Positions 8,094 through 18,083 of a stretch of 64,000 bases of DNA are shown here, piece after piece. Both the position numbers and the translations under genes were made by a program. Under the pieces are notes generated by a model. It was not told the origin of the DNA, ran no database searches, and was given only the letters and a program-made list of their open reading frames with translations. The DNA is taken from the NCBI GenBank assembly GCA_965198225.1, contig CBDAOY010000004.1, positions 437,102 through 501,101 of the forward strand, written 5' to 3'. The stretch comes from Terriglobia bacterium. Its GTDB lineage: Bacteria > Acidobacteriota > Terriglobia > 20CM-2-55-15. Within the stretch, counting starts at the first letter, position 1. The number at the start of each line of letters is the position of its first letter.

Positions 8094-10799
8094 TCAGAAA
8101 CTGAACCGCACAGTCACCTGCACAATCCGACCCGCGTTCTGTGTGTTGGTGATCTGACCGAAGTTCGGGTCGGTCAGGTTGGGCGACGGCGGCGCGAACT
8201 GGGGGTGGTTGAAGGCGTTGATGAACTCCGCGCGCAGCAGGACCTCCCGCGTCTGATCCGAGGAAATGGGAATAGACCGTGACACGGCAACGTTGAAGTT
8301 CGTCGTGCCGTCCTTGCGGAAGGCGGCGCGGGAGAGGTTGCCGCGGAGTTCCCGGAACGGAGCCGACATATCGAAGGCGTTGCGACGCAACACTTTCCGA
8401 GCCGTGTCCGGATGATCGACGCTCGAGCCGAGCAGGCTGGGATCGAGGATGGACGGCCGATCGTTTCGCTCACCGTCCACGTTGCCGAACGGCGGCGAAT
8501 CTGTCCCGACCTCCACGCTGAATGGCGTGCCGTCTCGAAGTATCGCTGCCCCCGACACCGTAAGACCGCCCAGCCTGCGGGGTAGCACGTAGGAGTAACC
8601 GACCAGAAAGCTGTGGGGGGCGTCGAATCGGCTCCGGGCTTTCAGGTCGACGAGACCGAGTTCCTCGGTTTGGGAGATGTTGGTTCGAATCCCCGTGTTC
8701 GAAAAATCGGTCGCCGTGTCCAGGGCTTTGCTGAACGTGTAGGTGGCTCTCAGGGCCAGACCCTGGCTGAAGACTTTGTCCACCGACAATTGTGCTGCGT
8801 CGAAATAGGCTCGTCCCTGATTCGTGACGTTCCGGACCGTGAAGAATCTCTGGTCCGGCCGCCGTTCGGGGATCGTGCGGGTCGTCAAAGCGATGCCGGC
8901 GACCCGTTCCGCCCGGTTGGCATAAGTATTCTGAAAGAGCCTCCAGTTCCTGCTCCCGATGTAGGTCGCGCGGAGTCTCAGGTTCGAGGAGAGCTGCCCT
9001 TCGACCTGCAGCGTGTAGTGCTGTATGTAGGGAGCCACCAACTCCGGGTCCAGCAGATTCCGAATGTGGCGCGGGATCTCGCCGGGAGTTTGGACGAAAT
9101 CCTTCAACGGATCCAGAAGGTCGGGGATCTGGATGTCGGCTCGAACGGCCTCCGGTGGGTTCAGACGGCCCTGCCGGAACGTAGCCGGGAAGATATCGCC
9201 GTAGGAGATTCCGTAGCCGGCACGTACGACGATACCGCCTCTCGAGTAAGCCAGACCGAGTCTGGGGCCGAAGTTGTTCGCGTCTGCGGTGAAAGGCAGT
9301 ACGGTGAGCCCGTTGGCGTCCTTCGGCAGTCCGGCAAACTCATATCTCAAGCCGATCGTGAGATCCAGGCCCGGTGCCAACCGCACACGGTCGCTCACGA
9401 ACAGGTTGATGTCGGTGCGCCTCCAGGCCCGGTAGAGGTTGCCTGACACGAAGCTGTACCGTGTCGCCGTTCCGTAGCGGAAGTTCTCCAGGCCGGTTCG
9501 GCCGAAGTTGTTGCTGAACGGTACGACGCCCCGTAACCCGTCACTGTGCAGTTCGTTGAGCTGCGATCGGACGACCTGAGCCCCCCAGTCCAGCTGATGT
9601 CGACCGACACTGGTGGCCCCCTGTGCCAGGTACTGGAAGTCGTTGCCGACCTGGAATATCGGCATGTTGAACGGAGGTCCCAGACTTTCGATCTCACGGC
9701 CAACGCTCACGCTTGGTCCGACCGAACCCGGCGGCACCAGCAGATGCACCTTTCGCCTCACGAAGTTGGTACCCAGCCGCAGTGTTGTGGCCGGGGAAAG
9801 CTGTTGTTGCCAGGCCAGATTCAACGTCTGGGGGCGCAAGCGCTGGTTCGGGTTCTGGCCGATCACGAGTTCGAAAGAATCGATGAAGTTGTCGTTGATG
9901 GAGTACCGGGCGGACAACTGCTTCCCGTCGTCGGGTTCCCAATCGAGACGAAGGGCGCCGCCGGTGTTGCGGATCTTCTGCACCGCGTTGGTGTTCAGCA
10001 TGCGCGGATCGATTTCGGTCCGGTTCGGCGCTTCCTTCGGGTAGGCGTCCAGCCAACTCTGTATCAGTGCGTTCAGCTCCGGGTCCTCGGCCAGAGCCGT
10101 CCGTTCGGAAGGCAGGGGGACGCGGACGTTCCCGTTGACAAAACCGGATTCGCGGGTCTCCTCCGCTGTCCAGACGAATGACAAGCTGTCCGATCCCAGC
10201 GGACCGCCCATCCGGAAGCCATATTGATTACGGCGCGAAGGGAGGACGTCGCCCACCTGAAAGAACGTTCGGGCGTTCAGCACATTGTTGTTGTGCGTCC
10301 CGTAGATCTCACCGTGGTAGGCGCTTCGGCGGTCTCCCCGGATCACCTGCGGGTCCCGCCCGATCCCTCCCAGCTCGACCGCGTAGTTACCACGAGCGGC
10401 CGAGAATTCGACGATTGGCCTGACCTGTGCCCCCTGACGTTCGAGGGCCTCGTCGAGGGCCTCGTTGTCGACGAGGTTTACCTGAATGTTCTGGTTGCGC
10501 CGGGCTTCGGCTTCCTGCTGTGCAGACTGCTCAACGGATTCCCGCGTGACGGCGATTTCGATCGATTCCGTCAGCGGGACGTCGATGTCCGCCACCGACG
10601 CCACGACCGTATCGAGCACCACCGCCCGAACCGTGTACCGGCCGTCGGGAAGCTCCTCGAAAATGTATTCTCCGGCCGTCGGCGCCGGAACCTGCCCGAC
10701 CACTTCCCCCGCACTGTTGCTCACGACCAGTTCGAGGTTCTGGACCGTATTCTGAAGATGGACCGTGAGGCCGAGGAATAAAACCAGCAGTTCAAACAT
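8094..10799 (-). CDS. Oar-like TonB-dependent receptor, paralog 2
   Basis: 901 aa; N-terminal LPDGRYTVRA domain, NQYGFRMGGP, DANNFGPRLGLAY, EFINAFNHPQF, C-terminal RFSF. Confidence 0.88.
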   Translation of the reverse strand: MFELLVLFLGLTVHLQNTVQNLELVVSNSAGEVVGQVPAPTAGEYIFEELPDGRYTVRAVVLDTVVASVADIDVPLTESIEIAVTRESVEQSAQQEAEARRNQNIQVNLVDNEALDEALERQGAQVRPIVEFSAARGNYAVELGGIGRDPQVIRGDRRSAYHGEIYGTHNNNVLNARTFFQVGDVLPSRRNQYGFRMGGPLGSDSLSFVWTAEETRESGFVNGNVRVPLPSERTALAEDPELNALIQSWLDAYPKEAPNRTEIDPRMLNTNAVQKIRNTGGALRLDWEPDDGKQLSARYSINDNFIDSFELVIGQNPNQRLRPQTLNLAWQQQLSPATTLRLGTNFVRRKVHLLVPPGSVGPSVSVGREIESLGPPFNMPIFQVGNDFQYLAQGATSVGRHQLDWGAQVVRSQLNELHSDGLRGVVPFSNNFGRTGLENFRYGTATRYSFVSGNLYRAWRRTDINLFVSDRVRLAPGLDLTIGLRYEFAGLPKDANGLTVLPFTADANNFGPRLGLAYSRGGIVVRAGYGISYGDIFPATFRQGRLNPPEAVRADIQIPDLLDPLKDFVQTPGEIPRHIRNLLDPELVAPYIQHYTLQVEGQLSSNLRLRATYIGSRNWRLFQNTYANRAERVAGIALTTRTIPERRPDQRFFTVRNVTNQGRAYFDAAQLSVDKVFSQGLALRATYTFSKALDTATDFSNTGIRTNISQTEELGLVDLKARSRFDAPHSFLVGYSYVLPRRLGGLTVSGAAILRDGTPFSVEVGTDSPPFGNVDGERNDRPSILDPSLLGSSVDHPDTARKVLRRNAFDMSAPFRELRGNLSRAAFRKDGTTNFNVAVSRSIPISSDQTREVLLRAEFINAFNHPQFAPPSPNLTDPNFGQITNTQNAGRIVQVTVRFSF

Positions 10800-10867
10800 C
10801 GCGAATCATCATAATCGAAGCCGTCGCCGCGTGCGTGGTCTAAAACATTACTGTCAGCCGGGGAAGG

Positions 10868-11067
10868 TGTAGGCGCGGTCTATGACCGCACAACTTGTGG
10901 TCCCGCGGACATTTGTGCGCTCATAGAGCGCACCGACACTTGAGGATCGCAGGTTCTTCGTGAAAAGCCCCGCCACCCGATTCTCCAACAAATGACGTTT
11001 GTTCACAGCTTGTATGACCGCACATCACTCAATACAGGACAATGTGCGGTCATAGACCGCACCTACA
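10868..11067. repeat. REPIN cluster (family A)
   Basis: Four related units, GTAG-capped at both ends. Confidence 0.8.
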
Positions 11068-11070
11068 AGT

Positions 11071-13809
11071 TCAGAAACTGAACCGAAGCGTGAACTGAAT
11101 TATCCGTCCCGCATTCACCGTGTTCGTCACCTGACCGAACGAGGAGGAGGACAGGTTCGTGTTTGGCCGGTCGAACTGGGGATGGTTGAAGGCGTTGATG
11201 AACTCCGTCCGGAACGTCAGCGCTCGAGTCTGGTCGGCGGAGATCGGGAAGTCGCGCGAGAGCGCGACGTTGAAGTTGGTCGTGCCGTCCTTGCGGAAAC
11301 TGCCGCGGCGAAGGTTCCCGCGGCCTTCGCGGAAAGCTGCCTCGGCGTCGAAGGCTTCGCGGCGCAGGATCGACCGTGCGGTGTCGGGATCGTCGACACT
11401 GGCTCCCAGAATGCTCAGGTCCAGAATCGACGGGCGGTCGCTGCGCTCACCGTCGACGTTGCCGAACGGTGGGGCGTCCGTCCCGGTTTCTACCGACAGC
11501 GGCGTGCCGTCTTTGAGGATTGTCGTCCCGGAGAGCGTGAAGGCTCCAAGCCAGTGGGGAAGGCGGTAGGAGTATCCCAGGATGAAGGCGTGAGGAGCGT
11601 CGAAACGCGAGAACCCCTTCAGATCCTCGAAGAACAGTTCCTCGATCTGAGCTCTGCGTTCATCGCGGTCCGTCGCCGTGTTAGAGAAGTCCGTCGCCAG
11701 GCCCAGCGCCTTGCTGAAAGTATAGGTTCCGCGCAGGGCCAGCCCGTCGCTGAACACCTTCTCGATAGTCAGTTGCCCGGCGTCGAAATACGCGCGGCCG
11801 CCATTGGTCATCCGGCCGATTCCGAAGATGCTCTGATCGGGCCTTCGATCGTTGATCGTGCTCGTCGTCAACGGGACGCCCTCCACCCGCTCGGCGCGAT
11901 TTTCGCGGGCCACGTGGAAGAGTTTGACGCTTCGAGTGCCGACGTAGGATGCTCGGATGCGGACATTGGCCGGGAGGTCTCGCTCGATCTGGAGCGTGTA
12001 CTGGTGCATGTAGGGCGTCACCAGGTCCGGGTCGAGCAGGTTGAGGCTCGATCGCGGCACCTCTCCCGGAACCTGGACGAAATCCTTCAGGGGATCCAGA
12101 ACATCCGGGTTGCGGACGTCCACCCTGATGACGTCGGGCGGGTTGAGTCGCCCGATCCTGAACGTTGCGGGGAAGACATCGCCGTAAGAGATTCCGTAGC
12201 CGGCGCGGAGGACCCACGGGCCGGTGGAGTAGGCCAACCCGATTCGCGGTGCCAGATTGTTCGTGTCTGAGGAATAGGGGAATCTCGTCAGGTCGTTGAC
12301 TTCCGTCGGGGCTCCCGCGAACTCGTAACGCAGTCCCAGGGTCAGGTTCAGGTTTGGTGCGAGTCCGATCCGGTCGTTCAGGTAGCCGTTGACATCCCAT
12401 CGGCGGAATCCCCGGTACAGCTCGCCCAGGACGATGGCGTATCGCGAGGGCGTACCGAGGCGGAAGTTCTCGATCGAACTCCGACCGAAGTTGTTGCCGA
12501 AGTTCAGGGTGCCGCGCGCTCCGTCGGATTGGAATTCGTTGAGCTGGGAACGAACCAACTGGATCCCCCAGTCGAAGTCATGCGCGCCGGCCCCAGTGTT
12601 TCCCTGAACCAGGTACTGGAAATCGTTGCCCGATCGGTTGACGGGGAAGGTTCGCCTCGGCCCCAGAGCTTCGAAGTCCCTCCCGAAATGAACGTAAGGC
12701 CCCACCGCTCCCGGCGGAACCAGCACGTCCACCCTCCGGCGGAGGTAGTTGACCCCGAAGCGCACGTTCGTCCGGGACGACAACTGCTCGGTCCATGCCA
12801 GGTTCAGATTCTGAGGCCTCAGGCTCTGGTTCGGGTTCTGCCCGACGACCAATTCGAACGAGTCGATGAAGTTGTCGTTAAAGGTATACCGGAACGACAG
12901 GTTCCGCCTTTCACTCGGTTCCCAGTCCAGACGGAAGGTGCCACCCGTATTTCGCAGGGTCTGAATCGCGTTTGTGTTCAGCAGGTTCGCCGCGATTTCA
13001 GGCCGGTTGGGTTCTTCGTCCGGATATGCGTCGAGCCAGCTTTGGATCAGGGCATTGACTTCGGGATCTTCGGCGAGAGCGGTTCGCTCATCGGAGAGCG
13101 GCACGAGCACGTTGCCGTTAACGAAACCCGACTCGCGCATCTCTTCACCGGTCAGGACGAACGACAACGTGTCCGACGCCAGGGGGCCCCCGAAGCGGAA
13201 GCCATACCGGTTGCTGCGTGAAGGAAGCACCTTGCCGACCTGGAAGAACGTGCGAGCATTCAGTTTGTTGTTGTTGTGTGTTTCGTAGATCTCGCCGTGG
13301 TATGCATTCTGCCGGTCGGTGCGGATAATGGAGGGGTCCCGCCCGATGCCCCCCAGCTCGGCAGCATAGTTTCCGCGTGCCGCGGAAAACTCGGTGACCG
13401 GGCTGACCTGTACTCCCTGTCGGCCGAGGGCTTCGGTCAAGGCCTGGTTGTCGACCAGGTTGACCTGAATGTTCTGGTTGCGTCGGGCGCCCTGATCGGC
13501 GGGAGCTTCCCGGGCTTCTTCAGAACCGGCGACCGATTCCGGATCGACGCTGATCTCGACACTCTCGGTCAAAGGGATGTTGATGTCCGCGATCGAGGCG
13601 ACCACAGTGTTCTCGACGATGGCCCGAACCGTGTAGGACCCGTCGGCGAGGTCATCGAAAACGTACTCCCCCCGCCTCGGCGCCGCCTGCCGTTCGACGA
13701 TGGTGCCGTTGCGGTCGACGATGACGAGGGTCATGTCCTCGACAGTCTGTTCGACGTGGACCGTGAGCGTCAGCGCGGCGGATAGGAGCAGTGCAAACAT
13801 GAACCCCAC
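11071..13809 (-). CDS. Oar-like TonB-dependent receptor, paralog 3
   Basis: 912 aa; same motifs as paralog 2; ends LRFSF. Confidence 0.88.
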   Translation of the reverse strand: MGFMFALLLSAALTLTVHVEQTVEDMTLVIVDRNGTIVERQAAPRRGEYVFDDLADGSYTVRAIVENTVVASIADINIPLTESVEISVDPESVAGSEEAREAPADQGARRNQNIQVNLVDNQALTEALGRQGVQVSPVTEFSAARGNYAAELGGIGRDPSIIRTDRQNAYHGEIYETHNNNKLNARTFFQVGKVLPSRSNRYGFRFGGPLASDTLSFVLTGEEMRESGFVNGNVLVPLSDERTALAEDPEVNALIQSWLDAYPDEEPNRPEIAANLLNTNAIQTLRNTGGTFRLDWEPSERRNLSFRYTFNDNFIDSFELVVGQNPNQSLRPQNLNLAWTEQLSSRTNVRFGVNYLRRRVDVLVPPGAVGPYVHFGRDFEALGPRRTFPVNRSGNDFQYLVQGNTGAGAHDFDWGIQLVRSQLNEFQSDGARGTLNFGNNFGRSSIENFRLGTPSRYAIVLGELYRGFRRWDVNGYLNDRIGLAPNLNLTLGLRYEFAGAPTEVNDLTRFPYSSDTNNLAPRIGLAYSTGPWVLRAGYGISYGDVFPATFRIGRLNPPDVIRVDVRNPDVLDPLKDFVQVPGEVPRSSLNLLDPDLVTPYMHQYTLQIERDLPANVRIRASYVGTRSVKLFHVARENRAERVEGVPLTTSTINDRRPDQSIFGIGRMTNGGRAYFDAGQLTIEKVFSDGLALRGTYTFSKALGLATDFSNTATDRDERRAQIEELFFEDLKGFSRFDAPHAFILGYSYRLPHWLGAFTLSGTTILKDGTPLSVETGTDAPPFGNVDGERSDRPSILDLSILGASVDDPDTARSILRREAFDAEAAFREGRGNLRRGSFRKDGTTNFNVALSRDFPISADQTRALTFRTEFINAFNHPQFDRPNTNLSSSSFGQVTNTVNAGRIIQFTLRFSF

Positions 13810-13875
13810 ATCATATGTCAGGAGCCGGCGAAATGTCTCCGGCCGGTTTCATTTCGGTATACGCTTCACAAGATT

Positions 13876-15393
13876 ATGAGGTCACGAGTGTTTGCGCTTA
13901 CGGGCATGGTCTTTGCCCAGTTCGTTGCCGGAGGGTGTGCTCCCGCCGGCGAACAACGACCGGGCACGGACTTGCCCGACCGAGTGGGCCTGGAGCTGAT
14001 CCAGCCGGACCTGTTTGCCGCCGGTGGCGCGTACACGAACGCCTGGGCCGACTTCGACAACGACGGGGACCTGGATCTGTTCGTCGGGTTCGGCGCCGGC
14101 ATCCCGAACCGGCTGTACCGCAATGACGGCGGCACTTTCGTCGATGTGGCCGGCGTCGTCGGTGTGGCCGATACGGAACGGACGCGTGGCGCTTCGTGGG
14201 GAGATTTCAACGGCGACGGCCGTATGGACCTCTATGTTGGTTTCGCCTTCGACGCACCGACGGGCAATCGTCTTTATCGGAACGACGGCGAGAGCGGCTT
14301 CACTGACACAGCGCCGTCTCTTGGCGTCGACTTCTCGGGTCAGACGCGTCAGATCAGTTGGATCGACTACGACGTCGACGGTGACGTCGATCTGTTCATA
14401 GCATTCCGGGATCAGGCGAACCGGATGTTCCGCAACGACGGGTCGACATTCACTGACGTTTCCATGGAAACCGGTCTGGCCGACTCCCGAAAGGCCGTCG
14501 GCGCGGTCTGGTTCGACTTCGACCGAGACGGCGACCTGGATGTGTTTATCGCCAATCAGGAAGATGATCCCAATGCCCTCTACCGCAACGATGGCTCAGT
14601 CTTCGTCGACATCGCTGAGACCCTTGGCCTCAACGGGGCCGGGCGTCGCCCCGGGGACGGCAGTGTCGGGCCGTGCCTCACCGACTTCGATGCCGACGGC
14701 CGCCTGGATCTGTTCGTGGCCAACTACGGCCCGAGCGTGCTCTACGCGGAGGATGAATCCGGAAACTGGGTCGACCGGGCCCCCGAGTTGGGCGTCGACA
14801 TCGACACGCACGCGGTGTCATGCGCGTGGGGAGATTACGACCTCGACGGCCGTCCAGACGTCTACATCAGCGGATATCTGAACGGGGTACTCCACTACCC
14901 CGACCACTTCTTCCGCAACGGAGTATCTGGATTCACCGATGTCATGACGGGGTTGATCCAACAACACGATGCCGACCATGGTGTTCAATGGGCCGACTTC
15001 GATCAGGACGGTGATCTCGATCTGTCACTGGCCGACTTCCAAGCGCAAGGCGGACACCACGTGTTCCGGAACACGCTCACTGGAGCAGTGAGTCGTAGTA
15101 GGTCGGTCCAGGTGCTGGTTCTCGACGAGAACGGACACTACACGAGAGCAGGGAGCGAGGTCCGGGTCTATCGAGCGGACACACAGGACCTCCTGGGCTC
15201 CGGCATCGTCGACACGGGGTCGGGCTACTGTTCCCAGAACGCCGCCCCTGTGCACGTCGGCCTCGCTTCAGCCGAGCTAGTCGATGTCGAAGTCACAATC
15301 ATGACGTCGTCCGGCCGGGAAATCACACAGATTAAAGGAATCGACCCATCGTCGGCCCCCATCCCCATCGAAGTTCGAGTCAATCGCAACTGA
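13876..15393 (+). CDS. CRTAC1-like FG-GAP repeat / ASPIC-UnbV protein, probable lipoprotein
   Basis: Repeated DFDNDGDLDLFV and NRLYRNDG motifs; C-terminal GSGYCSQN..VHVGL; AGGC possible lipobox. Confidence 0.9.
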   Translation: MRSRVFALTGMVFAQFVAGGCAPAGEQRPGTDLPDRVGLELIQPDLFAAGGAYTNAWADFDNDGDLDLFVGFGAGIPNRLYRNDGGTFVDVAGVVGVADTERTRGASWGDFNGDGRMDLYVGFAFDAPTGNRLYRNDGESGFTDTAPSLGVDFSGQTRQISWIDYDVDGDVDLFIAFRDQANRMFRNDGSTFTDVSMETGLADSRKAVGAVWFDFDRDGDLDVFIANQEDDPNALYRNDGSVFVDIAETLGLNGAGRRPGDGSVGPCLTDFDADGRLDLFVANYGPSVLYAEDESGNWVDRAPELGVDIDTHAVSCAWGDYDLDGRPDVYISGYLNGVLHYPDHFFRNGVSGFTDVMTGLIQQHDADHGVQWADFDQDGDLDLSLADFQAQGGHHVFRNTLTGAVSRSRSVQVLVLDENGHYTRAGSEVRVYRADTQDLLGSGIVDTGSGYCSQNAAPVHVGLASAELVDVEVTIMTSSGREITQIKGIDPSSAPIPIEVRVNRN

Positions 15394-15409
15394 GCAAAGA
15401 AAGAAACGC

Positions 15410-16053
15410 CTAAGAGGTGCGATGCCGGTCGACCCAATACGCCCAGGCGACAACCAACCATAGTGCATTGGCGGCGACCGCAACGACCGTGTCGCTCGGA
15501 GGCGGCCGCCGAAGATGTTTCCGACCCAGACCAGAACGAGAAAAGCCAGCAGTCCGCCGAGGCCGTAAGTGCCGATGCGGTCGGAGCTGTCGGTCGATTT
15601 GATGTAAACGAAGGCCGCTGCCGCGAAGATCGTGCCTTCCACGAGCATCGTTCCGGCGAGCGAGTTCCACAAGCCGAGTCCCACATACGGGCCATTCGGC
15701 AAAACGGGCAGGTCGGGCCTGTGCATCAGCAGGTCGAGGAACCAGTGACTGGCCACACCCATGGCAAGGATACCCGCGCCCAGCCAGTTTTTCCGGCCCC
15801 AGAAATAGAGGATAGCGAACATCGCCGCCCAGACCAGGGTGCCGAGGAGGCTGTGAGAGATCGGGTAGTCGTAGAAGTCGAGCGGTGTGACGACGGTTGC
15901 CTCCGGGTCGATGCGGACGTGTTCCACACCGGCGAGGACAAGGGCCGGCCAGATGAGATCGAGCAGTTGGACCGAGATGAAGAGGGTTCCCAGGGAGACT
16001 TTCGGAGCCGCTTTCTTGGCGGCCAGGGCGACAGCAAAGTGGCCGATAAACAT
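15410..16053 (-). pseudogene. Membrane metal-dependent hydrolase family protein, frameshift near 15505
   Basis: MFIGHF, YPISHSL, SHWFLDLLMH motifs. The family-like tail PPPSDT..WAYWVDRHR lies in another frame (ORF 15410-15670). Confidence 0.75.
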
Positions 16054-16134
16054 AGGGATCTTACGGGAATTCCTCGAACCACTACCGGAACCACGTCTCT
16101 TCCGTATAGCAGCGGAACCCTGTCGGTCCTTCCG

Positions 16135-16205
16135 TGTAGGTGCGGTCTATGACCGCACATTTTCCGGTTGGATGGCGATTTGTGCGCTCATAGAGCGCAC
16201 CTACA
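16135..16205. repeat. REPIN (family A doublet)
   Basis: Inverted pair of GTAG REP units. Confidence 0.85.
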
Positions 16206-16229
16206 CTGGGACTTAAGCGTTCCCTGAGG

Positions 16230-16261
16230 AAAAAAAGAGGCGCCCAGCGAGCGCCCCTCTT
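16230..16261 (-). terminator. Rho-independent terminator of the rhodanese gene
   Basis: GC-rich hairpin (GGCGCTC/GGGCGCC) followed by T7 on the minus strand, about 22 nt after the TAG at 16284. Confidence 0.75.
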
Positions 16262-16283
16262 CCTCTCAAGAAACGAAGATCGT

Positions 16284-16730
16284 CTACGGATTCGGCTTCG
16301 GTGTGATCTTGCCCGGAGCCGGTCGGTCGACCTTGGGGACTACTTCGAGCCCTTCACTCTTCCAGTCGCGGATACCGCAGAACTGGCCGGCGTTGTAGCC
16401 GGCATCGGCAAACTTTTTAGCAGCGCGCGACGCGCGCCCACCGCCAGCTCAGTAGAAAACCAGTTCGATATCCTTCGGGAGATCCGCCATACGGGCGTCC
16501 AGATCGCCCATGGGAATGTGGATGGCGCCTTTGATCGCACCGTGCTCCTCGAGTTCGTTGTCTTCGCGGACATCGATCAACAGGAACGTCTCGCCGCTGT
16601 CGAGTTTCTTCTTCAGCTCGGAAATGACGATGCGTTCCGTGTCCGATTGCTGGGCCGTCGCAGCGGCACCAAGGCCGACCACGAGTAAGCCCGCCGCGAC
16701 GACGAACGCTAACAGTCGCTTGTGGGACAT
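16284..16730 (-). CDS. Exported rhodanese-domain protein, predicted selenoprotein (UGA at 16449-16451)
   Basis: AGGAGG RBS, signal peptide, LIDVRE..GAIKGAIHIP..ELVFY-[TGA]-AGGGRASRAA..GIRDWKSEG to TAG; hairpin follows the UGA. Confidence 0.85.
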
Positions 16731-16838
16731 CCTTCCTCCTGTTGGGGTCATGGAACCGGGGATGGCCGGTCCAGTTGGGATACTACCCCCGGGATCGGGC
16801 GGGTTCAACACTTTGTTGCTACTTCCCTGCGCACGGGC

Positions 16839-17678
16839 TCAATCTGCGTCCGGAGCCGGCGTCACGAAGAAATTCTGGCGGTGGCAGCCGCGGCAACGGT
16901 AGATCGGCAGGCCGAAGCGGCGGGAGATCAGGCCGTCCGTTGCCAGCTCGGAGGCGGCGTTTCCCGAACCGCAGTTCCAACAGACGTTGAAACAGGACTT
17001 GATCGGTCGCATGTCGACCGGGCCGCGGGAAAAGACCAGACCCCAGCCGTAGAGACTTGCGTTCGAGCCGAGTATCTTGTCGACGAAGCGTGTGACCAGG
17101 TTCACGCCCGTTATCCAGAACGTGCTCAACCGTTCGGGGACGTCGGCGAGGTATTCGGCAGTCTCCGGGAAATGGATGAGTTGTTCCGATGTCGGGATCT
17201 TCAGGTAGACGAACCCGCTGTAGAGCCGGATGGCCTGGACAAGTTCAGCCCCGGTCCGATCGACAACCTCGGAGACCAGCCGGTCTCGGCGGAACTGATT
17301 GACGTGCCCCCCGCCCGAGAAGATGTGGCGGAAAAGCGTGTCGTCGAAGCTGTAACCGTCGGGAACAGCGATCCAGAGCACGCCCTCCGGGCTCAGGACC
17401 CTTCCGATCTCGGCGAGCGTGCTCTCGTAGCCGGGGAAATGTTCGAGAGTGTGGTGGCAGAAGACCAGGTCGACCGACCCGTCTGCGAGCGGGATCTCTT
17501 CTGCCAGCGAGCGAACGTAGTGAACTCGACCGGCCTCTTTGTACAGCTCTTTCGGGTCCAGATGGAGATCCATGCCCACGATCCGAAAGGCATACCGCGA
17601 GTAGTCGAAACTACCCGGACCACATCCCAGGTCCAGGGCGGTGTCACACGGTCGGAGTGTTTCGAGGATCTCGTCCAT
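16839..17678 (-). CDS. Class I SAM methyltransferase with C-terminal Zn-ribbon
   Basis: LDLGCGPG, IPLADGSVDLV, HTLEH, RVLSPEG; CWNC..CRGC at the C-terminus. Start uncertain (ORF opens at 17735). Confidence 0.82.
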   Translation of the reverse strand: MDEILETLRPCDTALDLGCGPGSFDYSRYAFRIVGMDLHLDPKELYKEAGRVHYVRSLAEEIPLADGSVDLVFCHHTLEHFPGYESTLAEIGRVLSPEGVLWIAVPDGYSFDDTLFRHIFSGGGHVNQFRRDRLVSEVVDRTGAELVQAIRLYSGFVYLKIPTSEQLIHFPETAEYLADVPERLSTFWITGVNLVTRFVDKILGSNASLYGWGLVFSRGPVDMRPIKSCFNVCWNCGSGNAASELATDGLISRRFGLPIYRCRGCHRQNFFVTPAPDAD

Positions 17679-17772
17679 CAGCTTCGGTGGAACTCGACAT
17701 GTTAGGACGAAAACCGGAAGGCACCTAGACCGCATTTCTCACCGAAATACGCCACAATCATCGAAGCGTCTG

Positions 17773-17935
17773 AATTCGGGGACGGAGACCGAATTGGAGT
17801 GAGGATTGAGATCAGGGACGGAGACCGAATTCTTGGGAACCGAAAAACAATGGTTTGATAGTCCGGGTAATTCGGTCTCCGTCCCCGATCTCCTCCGATC
17901 TCCTCGGTTTTTCGAATTCGGTCTCCGTCCCCGAA
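17773..17935. repeat. REP-like family C: two direct and two inverted copies of GGGACGGAGACCGAATT
   Basis: Directly visible in the sequence. Confidence 0.8.
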
Positions 17936-18083
17936 CATTCGTGAGCAATGCGGGATAGACGGGTCCTGAAACCGGAATAACTGTCATTAACCTAAATATT
18001 GCAAGAAACGCTAAATTTGCGCTATGCTGTCGCTCTCTCTTCGGAACATTGGATTGCTCGAAACGAAGCTAAGGAACCCCTTG

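Noticed and set aside
5212-13809. Diversity-generating retroelement or invertible cassette system
   Set aside because: No reverse transcriptase or recombinase; the paralogs diverge throughout rather than only at adenines.
16449-16451. Genome-wide UGA reassignment (genetic code 4 or 25)
   Set aside because: Many conserved genes here (trxA, ureB, ureC, ureF) end at TGA at their expected C-termini.
17773-17935. Possible CRISPR or iteron array
   Set aside because: Only two direct and two inverted copies; no cas or rep gene nearby.
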